The notes under the pieces were generated by a model, which was not told the DNA's origin, did not search any database, and was given only the letters and a program-made list of their open reading frames with translations. 64,000 bases of DNA, taken from an uncultured cyanobacterium (GTDB lineage: Bacteria > Cyanobacteriota > Cyanobacteriia > PCC-9006 > JAAUQQ01). Shown here piece after piece: positions 50,427 through 61,124 of the stretch; position 1 is the stretch's first letter; every line of letters starts with the position of its first letter. The DNA is taken from NCBI GenBank assembly GCA_963718615.1, contig OY970368.1, forward strand, positions 1,888,001 through 1,952,000. Reading direction: 5' to 3'. Position numbers and translations under genes: made by a program.

Positions 50427-53400
50427 TCAGGACAACGATTGGGCCGGTCGAGCCGCTAGATATTGATACAATTGCCAACGGGTATTGACGTCTGTTTGAG
50501 CCTCTTTGAGGAGTTGTTTTGCGGCATTGGGATTGCTGCGAACGAGCATCTTAAAGCGGTTTTCGCTGTACATGGCTGCTTCGATGGGGAGTTTGGGCGA
50601 TCGCGAATCTAACAGCAGTGGATTTTGCCCAGCATCAGTCCGGCGTGGATCATAGCGATACAATAACCAACGCCCAGATTCAACTGCCATCTTTTGATGT
50701 TCCATCCCCTTTTGCATATCTATTCCATGGGCAATGCAGTGGGAATAAGCAATAATCAGCGAGGGTCCATTGTAGGATTCTGCTTCCAAAAAGGCTCGCA
50801 ATGTATGTTCATCTCTGGCCCCCATGGCAACACTGGCAACGTAAACATTGCCGTAGGTCATCGCCATTAAACCCAGGTCTTTTTTGGGTGCAGGCTTACC
50901 ACCCGCCGCAAATTTGGCCACAGCTCCCCGTGGCGTAGACTTGGACATCTGGCCACCGGTATTGGAGTAAACTTCCGTATCGAGAACCAGAACATTGACA
51001 TTGCGACCACTCGCAAGAACCTGGTCAAGCCCGCCATAGCCAATGTCATAGGCCCAGCCATCTCCGCCAATGATCCAGACGCTTTTCTTGACGAAGTAAT
51101 CGGCCAGGGACTGAAGATTTTGGATTTGATTGCTCAACTGAGGCAGCAGATTAGGACTTTCTAACCATTGCGCTAAAAGATGTTTGAGCTGAATGACGCG
51201 ATCGCGCTGTTCAACAATTTCGGCCTCATCCGTTTGTTCCGCATTAATCAGACCCGCAACTAATCCTGGATCCAGGGGTGACTCTACAGCCTCAGCCAGT
51301 TCGAGCAAGAGAGCGATCGCCTGATGAATATGCTGATCCAAAGCAATCCGAAAACCGAAGCCAAATTCAGCGTTGTCTTCAAAGAGGGAGTTAGACCAAG
51401 CAGGGCCGCGTCCTTCGGCATTTTGGCTCCAGGGCGTTGTGGGTAGGTTGCCGCCGTAGATGGAGGAGCAGCCGGTGGCATTGGCGACGAGCATGCGATC
51501 GCCAAACAGTTGCGTCGCTAATTTAAGATAGGGCGTTTCCCCACAACCCGCACAGGCTCCCGAAAACTCAAACAGGGGTTCCTGCATTTGCTGCTGGCCA
51601 ATCTTGTGCAGATTAAGCTGGGTGCGATCGGGGGTGGGCAGTTGTAGGAAGAAGTCCCAGTTATCTCGTTCTTGCTCTCGCAGGGGGATCTGCGGTTCCA
51701 TGTTGATGGCTTTACGACGGGGTTCTAGCTTATTTTTGGCAGGACAAACTTCAACACAAATCCCACAGCCAGTGCAGTCTTCTGCTGCCACCTGAAGCGT
51801 AAATTTGAGCTCAGACCAAGCATGATCACGGGATTGAGTACTCTTAAAGGTTGCTGGCGCATCCACAAGTTGATCTGCGGTGTAGACTTTCGCGCGAATA
51901 ACGCTATGAGGACAGACCATCACGCATTTTCCACACTGCACACAAACCTCTGGGTCCCAGGCAGGAATTTCGCTAGCGATGTTGCGTTTTTCCCATTGGG
52001 CCGTACCCGTGGGATAGGTGCCATCACAGGGTAGAGCACTGACCGGCAACTGATCGCCATGGCGCGCCATCATCGTCCCTAGCACCTCCCGAACAAAGGC
52101 AGGCGCTTTCTCGCTGACTGGATGTTGGGCCATCCCCTGGGAATGGCTGGTGGCGATCGCTTCTGCAATTTCTAAGTCTTGGATTGGAACTTTGTAGAGA
52201 TGATCGAGGGTTTGATCAACGGCGTTGAGGTTCATCTGGACGATCGCCTCGCCCTTTTTACCGTAGGTTTTGCGGATGGATTGTTTGATTTGGGCGATCG
52301 CGTCCTCCCGAGGCAGCACCCCTGCCAAGGCAAAGAAACAGACTTGCATGACCGTGTTAATTCGACCTTTCATGCCTGCATCTGCTGCAACTCTCGATCC
52401 ATCGATCACATAAACTTGCAACTGTTTAGACTGGATGATTGATCGCAGATGAACAGGAAGTTGCTGCCAGGTTTCCTCTGGACTAAAAGGACTGTTTAAA
52501 AGGAAGATCGCACCGGATTTAGCCAATTCTAAAACTTCATAGTGATCGATAAACTCCCACTGATGACAAGCCACAAAGTTGGCCTGTTGAACGAGATAGG
52601 TAGAACGAATCGGTTCTGGCCCAAAACGCAAGTGGGAAACCGTGACCGATCCAGATTTTTTCGAATCATAAACAAAGTAACCCTGGGCGTAATTTTCAGT
52701 TTCTTCCCCAATAATCTTAATCGAATTTTTGTTTGCACCCACGGTTCCGTCCGATCCCAAACCATAGAAAATGGCTCTAACGACGGAGTCTGGCTCAATG
52801 GTAAACTCAGGATTAAAGGCTAGGGATGTGTGAGAAACATCATCGACAATGCCAATGGTAAAGTGATTCTTGGGTTTAGTCTGAGTCAGATGATCAAAGA
52901 CAGCCTTGACCATAGCAGGGGTAAATTCCTTGGAAGACAGACCATAGCGACCCCCGACAACGCGAATCTCTCGGCGATCGCTTTCCATCAGCGAATTCAC
53001 CACATCTTGATAAAGGGGTTCTCCTAAACTGCCGGGTTCCTTCGTGCGATCGAGCACGGCGATTGCTTGAACGGATGTGGGTAAAGACTCCATAAAAGCC
53101 TGCAAACTCCAAGGCCGATAGAGCCGTACTTTGACCACTCCAATCTTCTCCCCTTGGGTCAAGAGATAATCAACGGTTTCATGCACGGTTTCACAACCGG
53201 AGCCCATCAACACAATGACCCGTTCTGCCTCAGGATGCCCGTGGTAATCGAATAAATGATAGGCTCGACCGGTTAATGCTAAAAACGCATCCATCGCCGT
53301 TTGTACCCGATCTGGGCAATCGGCATAGAAGGGGTTGACCGTTTCTCGGGCTTGAAAATAGACATCGGGATTTTGGGCTGTGCCGCGCAGCACCGGACGA

Positions 53401-54035
53401 TCCGGAGTTAGCGCACGATGACGATGGGCAAAAATCGCGGCAGGATTGATCAGCGATCGCAAATCCTCATCTTCCACCAGTTCAATTTTTTGAACTTCAT
53501 GGGAAGTGCGAAATCCATCAAAGAAATGGAGGAACGGAATGCGAGTCTCGAAGGTGGCACGGGTGGCGATCGCCGCCAAATCTTGGGCCTCTTGCACTGA
53601 CGCCGAGCAGAGCAACGCACAGCCTGTACTGCGAGTTGCCATAACATCACTGTGATCCCCAAAAATCGAAAGGGCTTGGGCGGCTAGCGATCGCGCAGCA
53701 ATGTGAATGGCCATCGGCGTTAACTCTCCCGCAATCTTGTAGAGATTGGGAAGCATCAGCAACAATCCTTGAGATGCTGTAAAGGTTGTCGTTACAGCAC
53801 CCGCCTGTAGGGAACCATGCAGGGCTCCCGCGACCCCACCCTCGCTTTGAAGCTGCACGATTTGAGGCACTGTTCCCCAAAGATTGTGCTGTTGAGCTGT
53901 GGACCAAGCATCGGCCCATTCGGCCATAGGCGAGGAGGGCGTAATCGGATAAATGGCAACCACTTCGTTGAGGCGATAGGCCACCCGAGCCACGGCCTCA
54001 TTGCCATCTAGAGTTGCAAATTTTCGGTCTTTCAT
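50427..54035 (-). CDS. nifJ: Pyruvate:ferredoxin/flavodoxin oxidoreductase
   Basis: IYPITPSS, two CxxCxxC motifs, GGDGWAYDIG and EVYSNTGGQ. Confidence 0.97.
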   Translation of the reverse strand: MKDRKFATLDGNEAVARVAYRLNEVVAIYPITPSSPMAEWADAWSTAQQHNLWGTVPQIVQLQSEGGVAGALHGSLQAGAVTTTFTASQGLLLMLPNLYKIAGELTPMAIHIAARSLAAQALSIFGDHSDVMATRSTGCALLCSASVQEAQDLAAIATRATFETRIPFLHFFDGFRTSHEVQKIELVEDEDLRSLINPAAIFAHRHRALTPDRPVLRGTAQNPDVYFQARETVNPFYADCPDRVQTAMDAFLALTGRAYHLFDYHGHPEAERVIVLMGSGCETVHETVDYLLTQGEKIGVVKVRLYRPWSLQAFMESLPTSVQAIAVLDRTKEPGSLGEPLYQDVVNSLMESDRREIRVVGGRYGLSSKEFTPAMVKAVFDHLTQTKPKNHFTIGIVDDVSHTSLAFNPEFTIEPDSVVRAIFYGLGSDGTVGANKNSIKIIGEETENYAQGYFVYDSKKSGSVTVSHLRFGPEPIRSTYLVQQANFVACHQWEFIDHYEVLELAKSGAIFLLNSPFSPEETWQQLPVHLRSIIQSKQLQVYVIDGSRVAADAGMKGRINTVMQVCFFALAGVLPREDAIAQIKQSIRKTYGKKGEAIVQMNLNAVDQTLDHLYKVPIQDLEIAEAIATSHSQGMAQHPVSEKAPAFVREVLGTMMARHGDQLPVSALPCDGTYPTGTAQWEKRNIASEIPAWDPEVCVQCGKCVMVCPHSVIRAKVYTADQLVDAPATFKSTQSRDHAWSELKFTLQVAAEDCTGCGICVEVCPAKNKLEPRRKAINMEPQIPLREQERDNWDFFLQLPTPDRTQLNLHKIGQQQMQEPLFEFSGACAGCGETPYLKLATQLFGDRMLVANATGCSSIYGGNLPTTPWSQNAEGRGPAWSNSLFEDNAEFGFGFRIALDQHIHQAIALLLELAEAVESPLDPGLVAGLINAEQTDEAEIVEQRDRVIQLKHLLAQWLESPNLLPQLSNQIQNLQSLADYFVKKSVWIIGGDGWAYDIGYGGLDQVLASGRNVNVLVLDTEVYSNTGGQMSKSTPRGAVAKFAAGGKPAPKKDLGLMAMTYGNVYVASVAMGARDEHTLRAFLEAESYNGPSLIIAYSHCIAHGIDMQKGMEHQKMAVESGRWLLYRYDPRRTDAGQNPLLLDSRSPKLPIEAAMYSENRFKMLVRSNPNAAKQLLKEAQTDVNTRWQLYQYLAARPAQSLS

Positions 54036-54286
54036 GATGACAACGCCTCCAGTTGATTGAGTTCTTGTAAGGTTTGTTGAGCTTCGGCCTCATCCAAAAT
54101 ACTGAGGGCAAACCCCACATGGACAATGACGTAGTCCCCCACAACGGCTTCAGGTACATAGGCAAGGCTAATTTCCTTAGCAATTCCCCCAAATTTAACT
54201 TTGCCTGTGCGATACAAAGCGCTGTCCGGCTGATGGGATGGAGGCTCGTTAATGCTAATAATTTGGCCAGGAACCGCTAAACACAT
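54032..54286 (-). CDS. hypC: Hydrogenase chaperone HypC
   Basis: MCLAVPG and GDYVIVHVGFA. Confidence 0.97.
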   Translation of the reverse strand: MCLAVPGQIISINEPPSHQPDSALYRTGKVKFGGIAKEISLAYVPEAVVGDYVIVHVGFALSILDEAEAQQTLQELNQLEALSS

Positions 54287-56643
54287 GCAACACCTCCACC
54301 ATCAAGTTTCCAGGCTGCCCCTAGGATCTGTCCTACAGCCAAACCCCCATCATTACTGGGAATTTGCTGATGCCAATGGGGTTGAAATCCGGCGCTGCGA
54401 AGACGTTTAATAGATCGCGCCAGTAAGTAGCGGTTTTGAAAACAACCTCCCGTTAAGACAATCTGAGAAATGTCAAGATGCTGGGCGATCGCTACGATCA
54501 TCTCCACCAAAGTGTTATGAAACTTCGCCGAAACGACCCCTAATGGCTGTCGATAATCAGCCAAAATTGCAGTTAGCATCGGTTCCCAATCCAGTACCAG
54601 AACGTTATTCTGATGCATTGCTTGGTAGGGATAAAATTCTGTTGTATTGATATCGGTCGCAATCTTCTCTAGTTGCATTGCAGCCTCTCCCTCAAAACTG
54701 GAATATTGGCAAAGATTCAGGAGCGCTGCGATCCCATCAAATAAACGGCCAACACTGGACGTTAACGGTGAATTTATCCCTTGCTTTAACATCATTTTAA
54801 TTAACTTTAGTTCTTGGAATTGAAATGCATTTTTTAGGACGGGAGCTGCTTGGTCTAAGTCATCAAACAAGGCTTCTCCCAGAACAGCGTAGAGCAATCC
54901 CAAGGCTACGCGACGGGGCTCACGGGCAGCGCGATCCCCCCCTGGCAATGGAAAGGGCCGGAAATGAGCAACGCGCTCAAAGTCGGGTTGGCGACTGTTA
55001 ATCACTAAAAACTCGCCTCCCCAGGAAGTCCTATCGGCTCCATGTCCCGTACCATCCCACGCAATGCCGAGAACGGGTGGGTCTAAGGCATGCTCCACCA
55101 TTCCAGCTAAGACGTGGGCATGGTGATGTTGGATTGGCAACAATGGTATCTGCATTCGTTGACTCAGCACCTGGGCGACTTGGGTTGAAGCATAGTCTGG
55201 ATGTTGGTCGCAGGCGATCGCAATAGGTTGTGCAGCGTACAGATTGAGGAGCTGAGCGATTGTGGTCTGAAAACGATTGGCGGTTTTCACGTCATTCAGA
55301 TCTCCTAGATACTGGCTTAGAACGATGCGCCCCTGTACCGACAGCGCTATGGTATTTTTCAACTGTCCGCCTAAAGCTAAAATGCAGGGCAACGGTGCTG
55401 CCTGCCCATCTGGAATTGGGAACGGTGCATAGCCCCGTGCCCGTCGGAGAAACATAGGGCGATGGTGAATCACCCGAACTACGGAATCATCAACGGGGCG
55501 AACGATGGGACGATTATGTAGGAGAAAAACATCGGCGATCGCCTCCAATTCCTGCATCGCTTCGGCATTATCAATACAAATGGGAGCCTGGGCTCGATTA
55601 CCGCTCGTGGCGACAATTGGGCAGTCTAGTTCGGCCAACAATAGATGATGGAGGGGAGTATAGGGAAGCATCACGCCAATTGTAGATTGATGCGGTGCAA
55701 CCGTCGATGCCCATGGAATTTTAGAATCTAAGCGGGGAGTCAATAAAACAATCGGAGCCGCAGCAGAAGTGAGCAACTCGGCTTCAAGGATGGAAACCTG
55801 ACAGTCTCGCTGAACAGCCTCCAAGCTAGGATACATGACGGCAAAGGGCTTCGTGGGGCGATGTTTGCGATCGCGTAGTCGTTGCACTGCCTCCGGATTA
55901 CGGGCATCCACCATCAGATGAAATCCACCTAAGCCTTTGAGGGCGACAATTTGGCCTTGGCGAATGCGATCACCAACCTGCTGCATTAAAGTAGCTGTAG
56001 AATCAGCCTGGAGATGATGCCCTTTGGCATCCCAAAGTTCTAGCTGGGGACCACAGGTCGGACAGGCATTGGGTTGGGCATGAAATCGTCGATTGATCGG
56101 TTCGTTGTACTCCTTCTGGCAGGTTGGACAGAGGTTGAATTTCCCCATGGTCGTGTTAGGACGATCGTAGGGCAAGGCAGTCAAAATGCTATAGCGAGGC
56201 CCACAGTGAGTACAGTTCGTAAAGGGGTATTGATAACGTCGATTTTGAGGATCAAAGAGATCAATTAAACAATCAGAGCAGGTCGCCAAGTCGGGGAGAA
56301 TCCAAGCGGATTTTGGGTGAAAATTTTGAGACTGATGAAATTGGGAATGATGAATTTCAAAGCACTTATAGCCATAGGGGGGCAGTGTCCGAGTTTGAAG
56401 CTGAATAAAGCTCGAATAGGGAGGGCGATCGCCCTCTAACCGTTCCATAAAGATCGCTAGTTTTACCGGATTACCTTCCACCTCGATCTCGACACCGCGA
56501 TCGCTGTTACAAACCCATCCACTCAACTCCAGCTCTGTCGCTAAACGATAGACAAAAGGCCGAAAGCCAACCCCCTGAACCATGCCTTGAATCATCAGGT
56601 GAAGCCGATGCTGGGACGTAAGCTGGGGAGGCGTCGAGATCAT
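54277..56643 (-). CDS. hypF: Carbamoyltransferase HypF
   Basis: VQGVGFRPFV, zinc fingers, QHHHAH and NDGGL. Confidence 0.97.
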   Translation of the reverse strand: MISTPPQLTSQHRLHLMIQGMVQGVGFRPFVYRLATELELSGWVCNSDRGVEIEVEGNPVKLAIFMERLEGDRPPYSSFIQLQTRTLPPYGYKCFEIHHSQFHQSQNFHPKSAWILPDLATCSDCLIDLFDPQNRRYQYPFTNCTHCGPRYSILTALPYDRPNTTMGKFNLCPTCQKEYNEPINRRFHAQPNACPTCGPQLELWDAKGHHLQADSTATLMQQVGDRIRQGQIVALKGLGGFHLMVDARNPEAVQRLRDRKHRPTKPFAVMYPSLEAVQRDCQVSILEAELLTSAAAPIVLLTPRLDSKIPWASTVAPHQSTIGVMLPYTPLHHLLLAELDCPIVATSGNRAQAPICIDNAEAMQELEAIADVFLLHNRPIVRPVDDSVVRVIHHRPMFLRRARGYAPFPIPDGQAAPLPCILALGGQLKNTIALSVQGRIVLSQYLGDLNDVKTANRFQTTIAQLLNLYAAQPIAIACDQHPDYASTQVAQVLSQRMQIPLLPIQHHHAHVLAGMVEHALDPPVLGIAWDGTGHGADRTSWGGEFLVINSRQPDFERVAHFRPFPLPGGDRAAREPRRVALGLLYAVLGEALFDDLDQAAPVLKNAFQFQELKLIKMMLKQGINSPLTSSVGRLFDGIAALLNLCQYSSFEGEAAMQLEKIATDINTTEFYPYQAMHQNNVLVLDWEPMLTAILADYRQPLGVVSAKFHNTLVEMIVAIAQHLDISQIVLTGGCFQNRYLLARSIKRLRSAGFQPHWHQQIPSNDGGLAVGQILGAAWKLDGGGVACV

Positions 56644-57497
56644 TGGAATGCTTCCTCCAGCGGGAGCGCTTGCGCCAATAAACTTTGGGCCTGCAAACTT
56701 TGGGCTTCTAACTGTCGAACCTGCGAAGGTCGAGCCTGCAAGCGTTGCGCTTGCAAAAATGCTAGCCAGGAGGCCATCCCCATGCCGGTTCGTGCAGAGA
56801 GTTCAAAGATCTGAGCCTTGGGTGCCATGTGTTGGATATTAGCGATCGCAGACGCCCGATCAAATCCAACCACTTCCGCAATATCCATTTTGGTCAGAAC
56901 AACAACATCGGCGGATTGAAATGCAGTTGGGTATTTGAGCGGTTTGTCTTCGCCTTCAGTGACAGATAGGAGGACAACTCGTAGAGCTTCACCGAGATCA
57001 TAGGCAGCAGGACAAACCAAGTTTCCTACATTTTCAATAATCAGGATTTCTAGTGACTCTAGAGCTAAATGAGCTAACCCATGGGCAATGGTATCAGCCT
57101 CTAGATGGCAAGTTGTTCCTGTCGTGATCTGTAGGGCCGTCGCACCTGCTAGTCGTAATCGCTGAGCATCATTTTCAGTCGCCAAGTCACCCACAATCAC
57201 ACCGATTTTTGGCGCTTGATTCCAGCTCTTTGCTGTTTGTTCAATGAGGCTTGTTTTCCCTGAACCGGGAGAGGAGAGAATATTTAAGGTCAATAACCCT
57301 AGGGCTTCGAGGCGATCGCGATTTTGTTGGGCAAAGCGATCGTTCTTGGCTAATAAGCTTGTATGAATATTCAGGGTCTGAGTTTGATGGGGTTCGGTTA
57401 GATGCTCGATAAAGAGGGGAGAGTGATGATGATCTGGCTCCGTAGAGACATGCAGCACAGCTGCATCGATTGGTCCACATCCGCAGTTACTACACAT
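56640..57497 (-). CDS. hypB: Hydrogenase nickel GTPase HypB
   Basis: MCSNCGC, SSPGSGKT, ENVGNLVCP and EGEDKPLKYP. Confidence 0.97.
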   Translation of the reverse strand: MCSNCGCGPIDAAVLHVSTEPDHHHSPLFIEHLTEPHQTQTLNIHTSLLAKNDRFAQQNRDRLEALGLLTLNILSSPGSGKTSLIEQTAKSWNQAPKIGVIVGDLATENDAQRLRLAGATALQITTGTTCHLEADTIAHGLAHLALESLEILIIENVGNLVCPAAYDLGEALRVVLLSVTEGEDKPLKYPTAFQSADVVVLTKMDIAEVVGFDRASAIANIQHMAPKAQIFELSARTGMGMASWLAFLQAQRLQARPSQVRQLEAQSLQAQSLLAQALPLEEAFQ

Positions 57498-57838
57498 TAG
57501 GACACCTCCAAAGCGGCGAGTTCGAGTTCACGACCTTGCAAAATCTCGCGGCTCCAAGTTTGACAATAGGGACATTCATAACCGAAATCAATGGGCTCAA
57601 ATTCCGTCCGGCAAGCGGTGCAGTAGCAGCGGGTTGGATAGGTTTCAATCTCTAATTGAGCGGTTTCAGCGATTGTATTTCGAGTAACCACATCAAAGGC
57701 AAATCGCAGGGCATTGGGTTCTACTCCAGAACAAGTTCCAACTCGCAACGTCATTTTATGGATACGATTAGCTTGATTTCGCTTAGCATAGTTGAGTGCG
57801 ATCGCCAAAGCATTTTCCATCAATCCCACTTCATGCAT
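57497..57838 (-). CDS. hypA: Nickel metallochaperone HypA
   Basis: MHE start and two CxxC motifs. Confidence 0.96.
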   Translation of the reverse strand: MHEVGLMENALAIALNYAKRNQANRIHKMTLRVGTCSGVEPNALRFAFDVVTRNTIAETAQLEIETYPTRCYCTACRTEFEPIDFGYECPYCQTWSREILQGRELELAALEVS

Positions 57839-58280
57839 GGCAATTTACCTCCGCATCCATTGAAAGGTGAATGGTTTGGACCGCCCAATCAATGGCCTCC
57901 TGAGCGATGGCGGAAGGAGCCTGTCCATATTCAAACTGAATTGCTGGAATTAACAAGTGATAGGCCCCAACGATTTGGGCATGATAGAGAGTCTTTGCCA
58001 AGGACAATAAAACACCAGGATGCCAATTATGATCTAGGGTGGGTCTTGTTGTTTCAAGATCTAATCTCTGCATCACAGGTTGCGTACCGCCAATCCAGGC
58101 ATCTACAAACCAAATAACTTCTGTGGTTGCAATTTCAGCGGCCAGTTCTGGTGTGAGCTGATGCACTGCGAGCGATCGCACATTCGCCAATTTCAACGTA
58201 GCAATTTGATCCGCTACCATGGGACCGACAGCATCATCTCCTCGTAAGGTATTACCATAGCCAATGACAAGCGTTTTCAT
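57831..58280 (-). CDS. hoxW: Hydrogenase maturation protease
   Basis: [12 protein letters not shown] and HQLTPE. Follows hoxH. Confidence 0.92.
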   Translation of the reverse strand: MKTLVIGYGNTLRGDDAVGPMVADQIATLKLANVRSLAVHQLTPELAAEIATTEVIWFVDAWIGGTQPVMQRLDLETTRPTLDHNWHPGVLLSLAKTLYHAQIVGAYHLLIPAIQFEYGQAPSAIAQEAIDWAVQTIHLSMDAEVNCHA

Positions 58281-59701
58281 CGGTAAACCTCATCTAGGAG
58301 ATGACCATCTGCGGCAACAAGCTGAAGATGGAGCGGCATCTGCCCAGCCGCATGGGTTGAACAGGAGAGACAGGGATCAAAACAGCGGATTCCAGCTTCA
58401 ACTCGATTTAGAAATCCCTCTGGAATTTCATTACTATGAATATAATGCTTGGCAATTTGGGCTACGGTTTTGTTCATAGCCAAATTATTTTGGCCTGTGG
58501 CAATAATTAAATTTACTTTTTCAATTAGCCCATTTTCGTCAACTTGATAGTGGTGAAAGAGTGTTCCGCGTGGTGCCTCGCTGACTCCAACGGCATTCAG
58601 TTGATTAACTCCGCCATGGGATCGACAACGGGAAGATAAAACATCTGGATCATCGACCAGGGCTTGAATTTTTTCTAGACAAGCTAAAATTTCAATCAGT
58701 CGAGCATAATGGTACAAGAATGAGGAGTTAGCAACCCCGCCTGTGCGATCGCGAAGCTCCTGTAATTCTCGATCGGCTGCATCTGTTCCTATACGATTGC
58801 AGACGTTTAAGCGAGCCAGGGGACCCACACGATAGATCCCGTCAGGGTATCCTAGGGGTTGATAATAGGGAAATTTAAGATAGGACCAAGGTTCAACGGC
58901 TTCGCCTAAGAAACTCTGATAATCGTCTTCACTTAAGCCATCAGCGACGATATCGCCGTTGCTATCGGTAAAACGCAAGTGGCCATCGTAATGCTCCCAA
59001 TCTCCATTAGGCGTCACTAAGCCCATATAAAGGGAGGGAAATTGGCCAAAAATATTAATCTCGTCTTTGAGGGAATCATCGAGCATATCTTTGAAAAGAT
59101 CTAGGGCTAGCCGAATGGTCTCAAAAGCTTCTGGTAGCCGGTCAATAATCCATTGGCGACCCTCTTGGGAAAGGGGCGATCGCACTCCACCCGGAACAGT
59201 CCAAGCTGCATGAATTTTTCGAGCGCCCAGTAACTCAATGATCGTTTGTCCAAATTGTCGTAACCGGATTCCAGCCCTTGCTAAATCCGGATTAGCAGCG
59301 ATTAAACCAAACACATTGCGAGTGGCAGGATCACTATCCCAGCCCAGAAGAAAATCAGGGCTGCTAAGGTGAAAAAACGATAGCGCATGGGATTGAGTGA
59401 TCTGAGCTAAGTTCATCATCCGTCGCAGCTTATCTGCTGCGGGAGGGATTTGAACCGATAAAATTTTATCTCCAGTTTTAGCAGAAGCGATCAGATGGCT
59501 TACAGGGCAGATTCCACAAATTCGAGCCGTGATTCCAGCCATTTCTGTGAAGGGACGACCCTCACAAAATTTTTCAAAACCTCGATACTCTACGACATGA
59601 AATCGAGCATCTTGAACTGCCCCTGCTTCATCTAGAAAGATAGAGATCTTTGCATGTCCCTCAATTCGAGTCACCGGATCAATCACAATTGTTCTGGTCA
59701 T
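58277..59701 (-). CDS. hoxH: Bidirectional NiFe hydrogenase large subunit
   Basis: TRIEGH, RICGICP and DPCLSCSTH. Confidence 0.97.
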   Translation of the reverse strand: MTRTIVIDPVTRIEGHAKISIFLDEAGAVQDARFHVVEYRGFEKFCEGRPFTEMAGITARICGICPVSHLIASAKTGDKILSVQIPPAADKLRRMMNLAQITQSHALSFFHLSSPDFLLGWDSDPATRNVFGLIAANPDLARAGIRLRQFGQTIIELLGARKIHAAWTVPGGVRSPLSQEGRQWIIDRLPEAFETIRLALDLFKDMLDDSLKDEINIFGQFPSLYMGLVTPNGDWEHYDGHLRFTDSNGDIVADGLSEDDYQSFLGEAVEPWSYLKFPYYQPLGYPDGIYRVGPLARLNVCNRIGTDAADRELQELRDRTGGVANSSFLYHYARLIEILACLEKIQALVDDPDVLSSRCRSHGGVNQLNAVGVSEAPRGTLFHHYQVDENGLIEKVNLIIATGQNNLAMNKTVAQIAKHYIHSNEIPEGFLNRVEAGIRCFDPCLSCSTHAAGQMPLHLQLVAADGHLLDEVYR

Positions 59702-59777
59702 GGCCTCCTCTTCTCACCCCCTTAAATCAACTGAATTAATATCTCTTGATTGATCAAACTTGATTGATCAATCTTGA

Positions 59778-60326
59778 TTAGCCGAACTTAATCATGTCGC
59801 GACCTTCCATCACAGGCATTTCTCCCCGCAGTAACGGCTCCAGCGTCGCCCGTATCCGATCCGCAGGGGGTGGACATCCTGGCATGTAAATCTCTACGGT
59901 CACAACCTCATGAACTGGAAGAACCTGATCTAACAACTCAGGAACAATCCCCGGTTCATGGGGTAACTGGGGTGTATGTTCTGCGAGTTCTAGATAACCA
60001 CGCTTGAGCACAGAATCTGAGCCTCCCAACATATTACGCATAGCAGGTACATTGGCGGTCACCGCACAATCCCCAAAGGAAATCAATGTTTTTGTGTTTT
60101 TTCGAACCTGCTTGAGAAGCTCTAGATTGTCCTCATTGGCGACACCCCCTTCGACTAAACAAACATCGACATTTTCAGGATATGCTTTTATATCTGAGGC
60201 CACCGGACTATACACAACTTCGACCTGCTGTGCCAACTCAATCAGCCATTCATCTAAGTCTAGAAATGACATATGACAGCCAGAACATCCGGCCAACCAG
60301 ACCGTCGCAAATCTTATCTTGACCAT
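59778..60326 (-). CDS. hoxY: Bidirectional hydrogenase small subunit
   Basis: WLAGCSGCHMS, GDCA and PGCPP. Confidence 0.96.
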   Translation of the reverse strand: MVKIRFATVWLAGCSGCHMSFLDLDEWLIELAQQVEVVYSPVASDIKAYPENVDVCLVEGGVANEDNLELLKQVRKNTKTLISFGDCAVTANVPAMRNMLGGSDSVLKRGYLELAEHTPQLPHEPGIVPELLDQVLPVHEVVTVEIYMPGCPPPADRIRATLEPLLRGEMPVMEGRDMIKFG

Positions 60327-61030
60327 TGTTGCTTCTCCCGTGCGGTGACTAAAAAGGCTAACTTGTCGCGATCGCGTTCTTTCTCTCCGGTGGTTTCACT
60401 TTTCCGGAAGATCGCTCCAGTTGGGCAAGCATCAACACATTTCCCACAGGCCGTACAGGCTGAGACCTCTCCCCAGGGCTGATTTAATCCAGATACGATA
60501 TAGCAGTCTGGTCCTCGCTGGGCCACATCCCAAACATGAGCCCCTTCAATCTCATCACAGACTCGAACGCAGCGAGTACATAAAATACAACGGTTATGAT
60601 CGATCCCAAAGCGGGTATGGGAAACATCTACGGATCGGTCCGGAAATCGATAGGAAAAGCGAGAATGATCCATCCCAACGGCGATCGCCATATCCTGTAA
60701 TTCACAGTTACCGTTAGCAACGCAGACGGAACACACATGATTTCCTTCTGCAAACAGGAGTTCGACGGTCATGCGACGGTAGTCTTGTAACTTAGCCGTA
60801 TTGGTTTGAACTTCCATCCCTTCAGAAACTGCGGTTACACAGGCAGGCAGAAGTTTCTGGGTTCCTTTGACTTCCACTAAGCAAAGACGACAAGCTCCTA
60901 CATCTGAAACTCCATCGAGGTGACACAGGGTTGGAATGACAACTCCAGCTTCCTGCGCAGCCTGTAAAATGGTTGAGCCTTCTTCAATGGCAATATCAAT
61001 GTTGTTGATTTTAAGCGTTTTAACCGACAT
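60314..61030 (-). CDS. hoxU: Diaphorase subunit HoxU
   Basis: IPTLC, GACRLCLVE, CILCTRC and CTACGKC. Confidence 0.96.
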   Translation of the reverse strand: MSVKTLKINNIDIAIEEGSTILQAAQEAGVVIPTLCHLDGVSDVGACRLCLVEVKGTQKLLPACVTAVSEGMEVQTNTAKLQDYRRMTVELLFAEGNHVCSVCVANGNCELQDMAIAVGMDHSRFSYRFPDRSVDVSHTRFGIDHNRCILCTRCVRVCDEIEGAHVWDVAQRGPDCYIVSGLNQPWGEVSACTACGKCVDACPTGAIFRKSETTGEKERDRDKLAFLVTAREKQQWSR

Positions 61031-61124
61031 TTCAACTCCTTTTTCCCTGTAGACTCAATTCCCCATTAACCCGAGTGAGAAAACTGCTTGACTAAACTGT
61101 CTAACTAATTGCTAAACTCAATTG

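Noticed and set aside
59746-59780. FNR/CRP-like boxes between hoxY and hoxH (TTGATTGATCAA twice)
   Set aside because: The half-site spacing is 2 nt rather than 4. It looks like a short tandem repeat.
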